A DNA stretch of 64,000 nucleotides, taken from contig NC_043000.1 of assembly GCF_006345805.1 (NCBI RefSeq), forward strand, positions 118,420,001-118,484,000, given 5' to 3'. Of this stretch, positions 1-10,059 are shown piece by piece; the first letter of the stretch is position 1, and every line of letters starts with the position of its first letter. The stretch is from Octopus sinensis. Taxonomy: Eukaryota. A model generated the notes under the pieces. It was not told the origin of the DNA and searched no databases. It was given only the letters and a program-made list of their open reading frames with translations. A program made the translations under genes and the position numbers.

Positions 1-30
1 ACAGAGAAGCATACATACATACATACATAT

Positions 31-755
31 GAACCCACAATATGGTAGAAGCCATAACTACTCATAATGAAAAGGAATACTGGTGGATTGTCCCAGTGAA
101 GACCTCAATAAAATGTAAGCACAGCAGACCTGGTATAATAATTTGGGATAGAGAAGAGAAACTGTGCACAGTTGTGAAAATTAGTTGCCCTGCGGATGTT
201 AACATAAGGCTAACGATCAGTGAAAAAGAGAACACCTATGCTGAACTATTGAGAAATCTGCAATTACTCTATCCAGATTACAAGTTCAGGTTTATAGTTA
301 TCATTATTGGAGCCCTGGGATATGTAACACACTGCCTAAATACTGATGCAACACAGAATTTTCTCAGTGACCAGGTCACGGTCTCAAAGCGACGAAAATA
401 TTTTGACAAATCAAATTTAAATGTTGAATTGAATCTAACGGATTTTATGTTTTTCTTAAATGGCTTATAAACACCTTCCAAGCTGCAATTGTTTTATTCC
501 AGCACACGATTTCAGATCAGGTCACTTGCTATGCAGGTACATCTCCGTAATGCCCAAATACTAATCTTAAGAAATTAGGCTTCTCAAAACCAGAAAAGAG
601 AAAGCTAATTCGAAGACTACAGATCCAATCCATCACCGGAACAGTAAAAATCTGTAAAACTTTCCAGAAGTTTATCATTTAAATATATATGAGCATGTCT
701 AGCTATGTAACTATATGCATGAGAATACATATATAAAATATACAAATCTGCACAT
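31..755 (+). mobile_element. 5'-truncated non-LTR retrotransposon 3' end with an RLE domain (R4/Dong/NeSL-like), interrupted at 345-555
   Basis: ORF 42..470 YWWIVPVKTSIKCKHSRPGIIIWD...VKISCPADVNI...EKENTY..L...FIVIIIGALG resembles the PD-(D/E)xK RLE motif (RPD/IVIGALG). The frame resumes after the insertion ([34 protein letters not shown]). Flanked by (ATAC)n and (CCAT/ACAT)n. Confidence 0.85.
345..555. mobile_element. 211-bp interspersed repeat inserted into the RLE element, with a 7-bp target-site duplication
   Basis: AAATACT at 338-344 and 556-562. The second RLE copy at 27197-27500 lacks this block (cctaaataccaacc). Confidence 0.85.
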
Positions 756-841
756 CCATACATCCATACATCCATCCATCCATACATCCATCCATCCATC
801 CATCCATCCATCCATCCATCCATCCATCCATACATACTACA

Positions 842-873
<32 letters not shown>

Positions 874-914
874 AAACGGGCATATGCTACATAGTAATTA
901 TCTATTTTCTACAG

Positions 915-979
915 GTGTATACCAGATAACCAAAAGACATTTGGTTTAGGTGTGAATCATTTTATACGGCGTTTAGTGG
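915..979 (+). CDS. Penultimate coding exon (65 bp) of an SLCO/OATP organic anion transporter
   Basis: Acceptor ttttctacAG|G at 913-914 and donor G|GTAAGT at 980. Translates (R)CIPDNQKTFGLGVNHFIRRLV(G), matching the OATP motif RCVP..QKSFALG.Q....R.LG. It splices in frame (phase 1) to the exon at 2560. Too short to appear in the ORF track. Confidence 0.93.
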
Positions 980-1332
980 GTAAGTATTGATTGAGATACA
1001 TTGATATTTGTATGTATAAATGTGCGTGTGTGTGCGTGTGTAACGCACAAACAAAAGCTGTGTGCTTGTACGTGTGTGGAACTGTGTTTATGTAGTTGTG
1101 TGTATGCGTGAACAAGAGTCCGTGTATGTTATCTGTTACGTTATTACATTCCCTCAAGGGTTTCGGTGTTGTTATTGCGGGAGAACATAAACTATTATTA
1201 CACCAGTGAAAGGATAAAGCGGAAAGGAGATTGCAGGGGCATTGCTATGCAAATAGTTCACAAATTGTCGATTGTTGAAATAATGATTTCAGCCGTATTA
1301 TAATGGTGGGCCTAAGATCAACAATATTTGTA

Positions 1333-1740
1333 GCGAGCTGGCAGAATCGTTAGCACGCGGGGCAAAATGCTTAGCGGTATTTCGTATGCCACTACGTTCT
1401 GAGTTCAAATTCCGCCGAGGTCGACTTTGCCTTTCATCCTTTCGGGGTCGATTAAATAAGTACCAGTTACGCACTGGTGTCGACGTAATCGACTTAATCC
1501 CTTTGTCTGTCCTTGATCGTCCCTCTCTGTGTAGCTCCTTGTGGGTAGTAAAGAAATAGGTATTTCATCTGCCGCTACGTTCTGAGTTCAAATTCCGTCG
1601 AGGTCGATTTTGCCTTTTATCCTTTCGGGGTCGATTAAATAAGTACCAGTTACGCATTGGAGTCGATGTAATCGACTTACTCTCTTTGTCTGTCCTTGTT
1701 TGTCTCCTCTATGTTTAGCCCCTTGTGGGCAATAAAAAAG
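1333..1740 (+). mobile_element. tRNA-derived SINE family A (octopus OK-like), dimer, in the last SLCO intron
   Basis: Head gcgagctggcagaatcgttagcacgc, B-box-like gagttcaaattcc, body cctttcggggtcgattaaataagtaccag repeated twice. Confidence 0.85.
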
Positions 1741-2559
1741 TAAATGTTTGTAGTTATATTAGGAAAAGCAGCCTTACATTCGTATGTTGGGTTAATTTAT
1801 CTACACGAGGCCGTTTGCTTCCGTAATGTAATACAAGCGCTTTTGAGGGTAAATATTATGTAGGGGACGTAACTCGAGTATCTTGCTGCTTTATTGTTTC
1901 CCTTTAGTTGATTAGATCCCATATTATTTTTATGGCAGTTATGTTGAGTTGCCAGATAAATTATTCTACTCTCTTTTGTTTTATTTTGTTTTGCTAATGG
2001 AGACCTTATTGTTGCACGTCTAAAACGGGGTGCAATTAATTCAGATTCCAAAACTGATTTTTAAAAGATGTTGTAGAGAGAGAACAGAACTATAAAAAGA
2101 AAAACAAAAATCACAAAGCATTGCATTAGTGTTTCTCAACAATTTTGTAGCTATGAACCCCTTTTATTTTTATATTATTCGGAAGTACCTTCGTAGTCAT
2201 TCTATATTTAAGAAATCATATATTTTCATAATTAAATATTATTAGGAATTGTATTTTTTAAAATCTTGTATGGACCCCTGAAGGTTAAATGAGTTCCGAT
2301 TGAAAGTCAAAACTGCGTGCTTGTGTGCGTGTGTATGTGTTTGTATGCATGTATGTGTGTGCGTGTGTGCGGGTGTGCGGGTGCGTGATTGTGTATGTGT
2401 GTAGGTGTGTCTGCACACTTATGCACGTATGCGCATTTGGTTCGCTCGTGTAAGACCAACGAAGTTGGTAAGTGTGTGACCCTAATTGAATTTTTATGTA
2501 AGCACTCAAGTATATATTGAATAACATTAAAACTGGATTTGTGTTTTCTCTCCGTACAG

Positions 2560-2843
2560 GTTCTTTACCAGGTCCTTTGCTGTTCGGAAAAGCCCTCGAC
2601 CAATCCTGCCGTATATGGAAGCACGACAGAAATAACGATTCTTCCTGCTGGCTGTACAATTCCTTTGACTTGTCCTTCAACTTTTTCATCATTTTTATCA
2701 TTCTCCGAATTTTATCAATATCATTCTTAACTTTTGCCAGTTGTCTTTACAAACCTCCTAGTAACATAAGCACCATAAACCGCCATCCAAAAGCTTACGA
2801 CAACCCAATTGTTAGTCAGCAAGACGAAGTTACTGCACTGTGA
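2560..2843 (+). CDS. Terminal coding exon of the SLCO/OATP transporter (last TM helices and C-tail); subfamily not assignable from two exons
   Basis: Acceptor gttttctctccgtacAG at 2558-2559. Reads (G)SLPGPLLFGKALDQSCRIW...SCWLYNSFDLSFNFFIIFIILRILSISFLTFASCLYKPP...DEVTAL, stop TGA at 2841-2843. G..PGP..FG...D.SC..W is the hallmark OATP TM11/loop motif. Upstream exons lie before position 1. Confidence 0.95.
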
Positions 2844-2898
2844 AATTACTTATAACGTCAAGTCTGTTAACCAAGAAATAATAGTAGAAAAAAACGAT

Positions 2899-2904
2899 AA
2901 TAAA
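2899..2904 (+). promoter_or_regulatory. Candidate polyadenylation signal for the SLCO gene
   Basis: AATAAA 55 nt after the stop, followed by T-rich sequence. The hexamer is common in AT-rich DNA. Confidence 0.4.
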
Positions 2905-3020
2905 CCTCAATATAAATCTTTTGTATTACATTTTGATACATCTCTTACCATTAAACTATATTAGATTTTTTGCATTTGTTTAGAGTTTATTAATTTTTAA
3001 TTGTGTTATTTTAATATTTT

Positions 3021-3797
3021 TACTATTCGAGGCACAAAGCCTGAATTTTTTTTTGGTGGGGGAGGGGCCCAGTCGATTAGATCGTCATCAGTACGCAACT
3101 GGTACTTAATTCACCGACCACGAAAGGATCGAAGGCAAAGTCGACCTCGGCGGAATTTGAACTCAGAAGGTAAAGATATACCGCTAACGAAATACTTATT
3201 TCTTTACTACCCACAAGGGGCTAAACAGAGAGAGGACAAACAAGGACAGGCAAACGGATTAAGTCGATTAGACCCACCGCAGTATGCAACTGGTACTTAT
3301 TTAATCGACCCCGAAAGGATGAAAGGCAAAGTCGACCTCGGCGGAATTTGAACTCAGAACGTAAAGACAAACGAAATACCTATTTCTTTACTACCCACAA
3401 GGGACTAAACACAGAGAGGACAAACAAGGACAGACAAACGGATTAAGTCGATTATATCGACCCCAGTGCGTAACTGGTACTTAATTTATCGACCCCGAAA
3501 GGATGAAAGGCAAAGTCGACCTCGGCGGAATTTGAACTCAGAATGTAACTGCAGACGAAATACCTATTTCTTTACTACCCACAAGGGGCTAAACACAGAG
3601 GGGACAAACAAGGACAGACAAAGGGATTAAGTCGATTATATCGACCCCAGTGCGTAACTGGTACTTAATTTATCGACCTCGAAAGGATGAAAGGCAAAGT
3701 CGACCTAGGCGGAATTTGAACTCAGAACGTAACGGTAGACGAAATACGGCAAAGCATTTCGCCCGGCGTGCTAACGTTTCTGCCAGTTCGCCGCCTT
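3021..3797 (-). mobile_element. SINE family A tandem array (about 4 bodies, ~184-bp period)
   Basis: The unit start gaaatacctatttctttactacccacaagg recurs at 3373 and 3557. Head at 3797, terminal tail at 3021. Confidence 0.9.
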
Positions 3798-3822
3798 ACG
3801 TGTTATTTTAATATGAAATAAA

Positions 3823-4436
3823 TATTTCTTTATTTCCCACAGGGGTTTAAACACAGAAAGGACAAACAAGGACATACAAACGGATTAAGTCGATTACATC
3901 GACCCCAGTGCGTAACTGGTATTTATTTAATCGACTTCGAAAGAATAAAAGGCAAACTCGACCTCGGAAGAATTGGAACTCAGTACATAATGGCAGACGA
4001 AATACCTATTTCTTTACTACCCACAAGGGGCTAAACACAGAAGGGACAAACAAGGACAAACAAACGGATTAAGTCGATTATATCGACCCCAATGCACAAC
4101 TGGTATTTATTAAATCGATCCCGAAAGGATGAAAGACAAAGTCGACCTCGACGGAATTTGAACTCCGAACGTAACGGCAGACGAAATACCACTAAGCCTT
4201 TCGCTCGGCGTACTAACGATTCTTTTCTACTCTAGGCACGCGGCCCGAAATTTGGGGAGGAGGGGGCCAGGCGATTAGATCGACCCCAGTACGCAGCTGG
4301 TACTTAATTTATCGACCTCGAAAGGATGAAAGGCAAAGTCGACCTCGGCGGAATTTGAACTCAGAACGTAAGGACAGACAAAATACCACTAAGCCCTTCA
4401 CCCGGCGTGCTAACGATTCTGCCAGCTCGCCGCCTT
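3823..4436 (-). mobile_element. Further SINE family A copies (dimer plus monomer)
   Basis: Same body and linker units, with heads near 4220 and 4436. Confidence 0.85.
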
Positions 4437-4649
4437 TTGCGTTATTTCAATATTGAAGAGAGTTATTGCGTTATTTTAGTATTGAAGAGAGAATGACTCA
4501 ACCACCGGGTCTGTCCCGGGGCTTTTTCCATAAGCAAGTAACTTATCTAAAGTACACTTATAGCATGGATACGAAACGAAGGAAAGACAAATCCATACAT
4601 TTGCAGCATCCACGGAACCGCAAGAGATGCATAGATATTGGTCAAGTAT

Positions 4650-5055
4650 ATATTTCTTTAATGCCCACAAGGGGCTAAACATAGAGGGGACAAACAAGAA
4701 CAGGCAAACGGATTAAGTCGATTATATCGACCCCAGTGCGAAACTGGTACTTTATTTATCGACACCGCAAGGATGAAAGGCAAAGTCGACCTCGGCGGAA
4801 TTTGAACTCAGAACGTGGTGACAGACGAAATACCTATTTCTTTACTACCAACAAGGGGCTAAACACAGAGAGGACAAACAAGGACAGGCAAACGGATTAA
4901 GTTGATTATATCGACCCCAGTGCGTAACTGGTACTTAATTTATCGACTCCTAAAGGATGAAAGGCAAAGTCGACCTCGGCGGAATTTGAACTCAGAATGT
5001 AACGGCAGACGAAATACCTATTTCTTTACTAACGTTTCTGCCAGCTTGCAGCCTT
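4650..5055 (-). mobile_element. SINE family A dimer
   Basis: Two body+linker units, ending with aacgtttctgccagcttgc. Confidence 0.85.
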
Positions 5056-5319
5056 TTATTGGTCAACTATAAACGTACATAGGGTCGTACATCCGGATTT
5101 TCTGTAAAGGTTTAACTCTTTAGACTTTTTTTAAATGTTCAATGAATTGCCCCACTTGGCAGCAGGGGTTTATTGTTGTAGTGGGGAGGTAAATATAAGA
5201 ATAAAGTTTGTGGGAACATTCAGAAATGTGTTACTGGAGACCTGAGAATCTGAGATACAGCAAAAAGTGCGAGAGAGCACTCTGTTTGTATAGTAAGGCC
5301 GTATGTATGTGTGAGTGAA

Positions 5320-5419
5320 NNNNNNNNNNNNNNNNNNNNNNNNNNNNNNNNNNNNNNNNNNNNNNNNNNNNNNNNNNNNNNNNNNNNNNNNNNNNNNNNN
5401 NNNNNNNNNNNNNNNNNNN
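5320..5419. other. Assembly gap (100 N)
   Basis: Run of N. Confidence 1.
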
Positions 5420-5891
5420 AGCAGAACTGAGAAAAACATCGCAGATATGCATGCAGCTGTGAGAGGAGATCGTCAAATAACCATCCATGAGTTATCACTG
5501 AAGATTTTGGTATGAGACGCTTGTCTGCCAAGTTTGTGCCAAAACTGCTTTCAGCTGACCAAAAAGACACTCGGGTTTCAGTTGCACAAGATTTCCTAGA
5601 TTGTAATAAAAACGATGGAAACATTTTGAAAACCTTCCGTAGCCGCTGAGCATGTATCGCCAAGTTTTTGGCAAAATTTGATGCAGATTCTCTGCTCAAC
5701 TTTCTCTGTCGTGGTCAATGCAACTATCACACGCTACACACCTTCCTTCCAAGCACAGCTGTGAACAGGTGAAGTGAGCTAGAACGTTAAAACTTAGTGC
5801 ACATGCACAGCAGAGTTCATGGTCAGTCTCTGCTAAGTGACTTCACTCTGCGTACTTTAGCGTTGTTACTATGGCAACTGTCCAGACCACG
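5420..5891 (+). mobile_element. Internally deleted mariner transposase remnant
   Basis: SRTEKNIADMHAAVRGDRQITIHELS, then EDFGMRRLSAKFVPKLLSADQKDTRVSVAQDFL in another frame (WVPHEL-type motif). Ends ...gtccagaccacg|TA. Confidence 0.8.
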
Positions 5892-5971
5892 TATATACTT
5901 ATGAATGCATATGTATGAGTGTATCTATATATGTTTGTGTGTGTCTGTGTGCGTGTGTGTGTGTACATACA

Positions 5972-6355
5972 TCGTGGCACTCCATCGGTTACGACGGCAA
6001 GGTTAAAGTTGATCCGTCAACGGAACAGCCAGCTTGTGAAATTAACGTGCAAGTGGCTGAGCACTCCACAGAAACTTGTACCCTTAACGTAGTTCTCGGG
6101 GAGATTCAGCGTGACACAGAGTGTGACAAGGCTGACCCTTTGAAATACAGGTACAAAAGAAACAGGAAGAAAGAGTGAGAGAAAGTTGTGGTGATAGATT
6201 ACAGCAGGGGTCGCCACCGCACCCCCAAACGGAGCCGCATGGAGCTTTAGGTGTTTTCGCTCAATAAACACTCACAATGCCCGGTCGGGGAATCGAAACG
6301 ACGATCCCACCACCGTGAGTTCGCTGCCCCAACCACTGGGCCATTGCGCCTCCAC
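5972..6355 (-). mobile_element. tRNA-derived SINE family C, variant 3' half
   Basis: Reverse complement starts ggaggcgcaatggcccagtggtt...tttcgattcccc (A and B boxes). It shares gtgtttattgagcgaaaacacctaaagctcc with the copies at 20822 and 23348. Confidence 0.8.
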
Positions 6356-6356
6356 T

Positions 6357-6402
<46 letters not shown>

Positions 6403-7299
6403 ACACACATTCATTCATGTCAGTTAAAAGCGAATTTTAAGAAAAGAACGCAAGAATTGAGCAATAGTTTCAAGTTTGTACGTCAAGCTTTTGTAACTGG
6501 TTTTACTTTGATGGATTTAGGAAAATTTATAATGAAATATATACGCAACATGATTTTGATCGACAAATATATCATCTTTGCTATCTCACTCATACCTTGT
6601 CTTCAGTTCCAAGTGATCTTATATGTTGAAAGCGTTGTAGTTATGATTAGTTCATTCACGACAAATCTATAATTGTGGTGGCCTCAATAATGAGTATCTT
6701 TGCCAGGCTTCTTTTTATTAGCAGCTACATCTTTTAAGTAATAATTCCTTTCTTTGTGTGTAACGTTTAGAAAACATAGAAAAGAACAGTGTTCTATTTT
6801 TGCTTGGTAATATACATATAGAGAATCAAACGTAAAGGAAATGAAATGTTAGAAGGTATTTCGCCTATTCTCTATAGAAAAACATCTGACAGGGTAATAA
6901 ATAGATGTATTCGTTTTTCTATGAATTCCGAATCGATAAGCTGAAAGAAACAACAGAATGGTAATAATTTAGAGAAGCCCTAACAAACACACTTCAAACA
7001 ATATTTTGATAAATACTTAGAAAGCTAAGTCAGATTAATATCAAGTAAACAGGTGATTATATAATTTAAAAAGTTTTTATCTGTTATCATGTTTAGAAAA
7101 CATAAGAAATTAGAAATTCGAACATAATATAAAATTGATACATTTTCTGTCGCTGGTTCCAAAATTGTAACAAAATATTATTTATTTGGGGTCTGTTATG
7201 CTCTTTTTATACACCTGATTGCTCATAACGTTTTTTAATATGCTAGCGAAAAACTCTTATTTTATTTTTATTATATAAATAATTAAGTGGAATCTGTTC

Positions 7300-7524
7300 T
7301 CTTTACTCTCTACTCTTTTACTTGTTTCAGGCATTTGACTGCGGCCATGCTGGAGCACCGCTTTTAGTCGAGCAAATCGACCCCAGCATTTATTCTTTGG
7401 AAGCCTAGTACTTATTCTATCGGTGACTTTTGCCAAACCGCTAAGTTACGGGGACGTAAACACACCAGCATCGGTTGTCAAGCGATGTTGGGGGGACAAA
7501 CACAAACACACACATGCACACACA

Positions 7525-7591
<67 letters not shown>

Positions 7592-7598
7592 TTATATA

Positions 7599-7637
<39 letters not shown>

Positions 7638-7800
7638 GACAGGCTTCTATCAGTTTCCGTCTACCAAATTCACTCACAAGGCTGTGGTCGGCCCGAGGAT
7701 ATAGTAGAAGACACTTGCCCAAGATTCCACGTAGTGGGACTGAACCCGGAACCATGTAGTTGGTAAGCAAGCTACTTACTACTAAATCACTTCTGCGCGT
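7300..7800 (-). mobile_element. SINE family B (tRNA head + internal (TA)n(TG)n + tail)
   Basis: Head tagcttgcttaccaac...ggttccgggttcagtcccact, microsatellite 7500-7632, tail ending in gtaaaagag repeats. Confidence 0.85.
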
Positions 7801-8299
7801 AAGCACACAACCACTCCTATCATATATATATTCTGTTAATAAAGTTGATTGCTTTTTGGAAATAAACATTTTCTATATACATCAGTAATGCCTTCGCTAT
7901 ACTTTGCACAAATATCGTCCTTGTTTTCCAAAATAAATTGCACTTCAAATTCGAGGCTCGATAAAGCTCTAGGATGTTATTGAGGCTCTCAAATACGAGT
8001 CCACAACATCTATAGCAGAAACAGCTGTAAGCTTATAGAGTTCATGACATGACCCTCGTCTTCCTGTTTCGTCTCAGCAAAAGAGACCGATAGAATAAGT
8101 CCTGGGTTCGATTTGCTCGACTAGAGGCGGTGCTCCAACATGGCCGCTGTCAAATGACTGAAACAAGTAAAAAATAAAAGAAGGAAAAGTGCCAACACTC
8201 GAAACTCTCGGGCCCTGAGTCATTCTGTTGCTTCTGCTAAATATTAGTAAAAATATACATGTACTCATTTTTTGAGTTCTGCTTTTCCTGTTTGCTACA

Positions 8300-8346
<47 letters not shown>

Positions 8347-8514
8347 GAGAGAGAGAGAGAGAGCGAGAGACGCACGCACTCAAACGTGAACGCACGCAGA
8401 CCCCCACCCCACACACACAGAAAGATATATATAAAATACATTTCCACAGACATACATATACACACTGCATACACAAACACAAAAATATACATACATACAC
8501 ATACATTTATTTCT

Positions 8515-9087
8515 TTTTTGACGACAGGAGGCTAAACATAGAGGGGACAAACAAGAATAGAAAAGACCCCAGTGCGTAACTGGTACTTATTTAATCGACC
8601 CCGAAGGGATGAAAGGTAAAGTCGACCTCGGCGGAATTTGAGCTCAGAACGTAATGCTAAACAAAATACCTATTTCTTTACTACCCGCAAGGGACTAAAA
8701 ACAGAGAGGACAAACAAGGACAGACAAACGGATTAAGTCGATTATATCGACCCCAGTGCGTAACTGGTACTTATTTAATCGACCCCGAAAGGATGAAAGG
8801 CAAAGTCGACCTCGGCGGAATTTGAACTCAGAACGTAACCGCAGCCGAAATACCTATTTCTTTATTACCCACAAGGGGATAAACATAGAGGGGACAAACA
8901 AGGACAGACATAGGTATTAAGTCGATTACATCGACCCCAGTGCGTGAATGATACTTAATTTATCGACCCCGAAAGGATGAAAGGCAAAGTCGACCTCGGC
9001 GGAATTTGAACTCACAACGTAACCGCAGACGAAATACCGCTAAGCATTTCGCCAGGCGTGCTAAAGATTCTGCCAGCTCGCCGCCCT
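8515..9087 (-). mobile_element. SINE family A trimer
   Basis: Unit starts at 8663 and 8847 (184-bp spacing). Head at 9087. Confidence 0.9.
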
Positions 9088-9106
9088 ACATACATATATA
9101 TATTAT

Positions 9107-9143
<37 letters not shown>

Positions 9144-9182
9144 ATAAATCCCTGAGCGACGTATAAACAGTAGCTGCACGAC

Positions 9183-9565
9183 ATGGTGAAGTATATTTTC
9201 GACACTTAAATGTGGCTAACCCTGAAGGGTGGATGGTACTGTAGCTTGTAGCCCCAGGAGGACACCTCCTCTAACTGGCTATTGACACACTTTCTGTGCC
9301 CTATCAGTATTTGCAAAGGGAACCCATCCTTCCTTTCAACCTGACATGATACATACTGACTCGACGGGTCAATACCCAGAAACTTGTGTCCGTGTGTATC
9401 ATGTCAGGTTGAAGATGAAAAGGATATCTTCCCTTTGCAAATACTGATAGGGCACAAAAAGTGTGTCAATAGCCAGCTAGAGGAGGTGTCCTCCTGGGGC
9501 TACAAGCTACAGTAGCATCCACTCTTAAGGGTTAGCCATATTTAAGTGTCAAATATACTTCACGG

Positions 9566-9567
<2 letters not shown>
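9183..9567. mobile_element. Fold-back (palindromic) MITE-like element with ~170-bp arms
   Basis: The left arm gtgaagtatatt...ttcaacctgacatgataca is mirrored by tgtatcatgtcaggttgaa...aatatacttcac. A related single arm lies at about 33350-33480. Confidence 0.85.
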
Positions 9568-9627
<60 letters not shown>

Positions 9628-9634
9628 CATACGT

Positions 9635-9691
<57 letters not shown>

Positions 9692-10059
9692 CGTATATAT
9701 ATATATTACAAAAGAGGGAGTGGTGTTTCCACGCAGGAAAAAAATATAGGAAAATGTGATGTTTAAAATGCACTTAAATTTCAAAAGCTCGTAAATGTTT
9801 AAAATACATTTAATTACATATATACCAAACCAGTTTCAACAATATTTTTTGTTTATCAATGGTAAAGTGTAAAATTAGAAAAACATCGTTATAAGTTTCA
9901 ATGTTGACAAATCAAAATGTTTCAATGTTGATAAATTATCATGTTCAAAACAGAAGGTGTAAGGTTTAAATTTGTTAGAATGTACAAGGTTCATTAATTT
10001 CAGTGGTGGTCGACAAGTCATACTGAAAAAAAAAAACAAGTGTGAGAATTAAAATAGTA

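Noticed and set aside
3021-5055. Regularly spaced repeats resembling a CRISPR array
   Set aside because: The units are 184 bp with no unique spacers, are dispersed through the window as SINE copies, and the context is eukaryotic with no cas genes.
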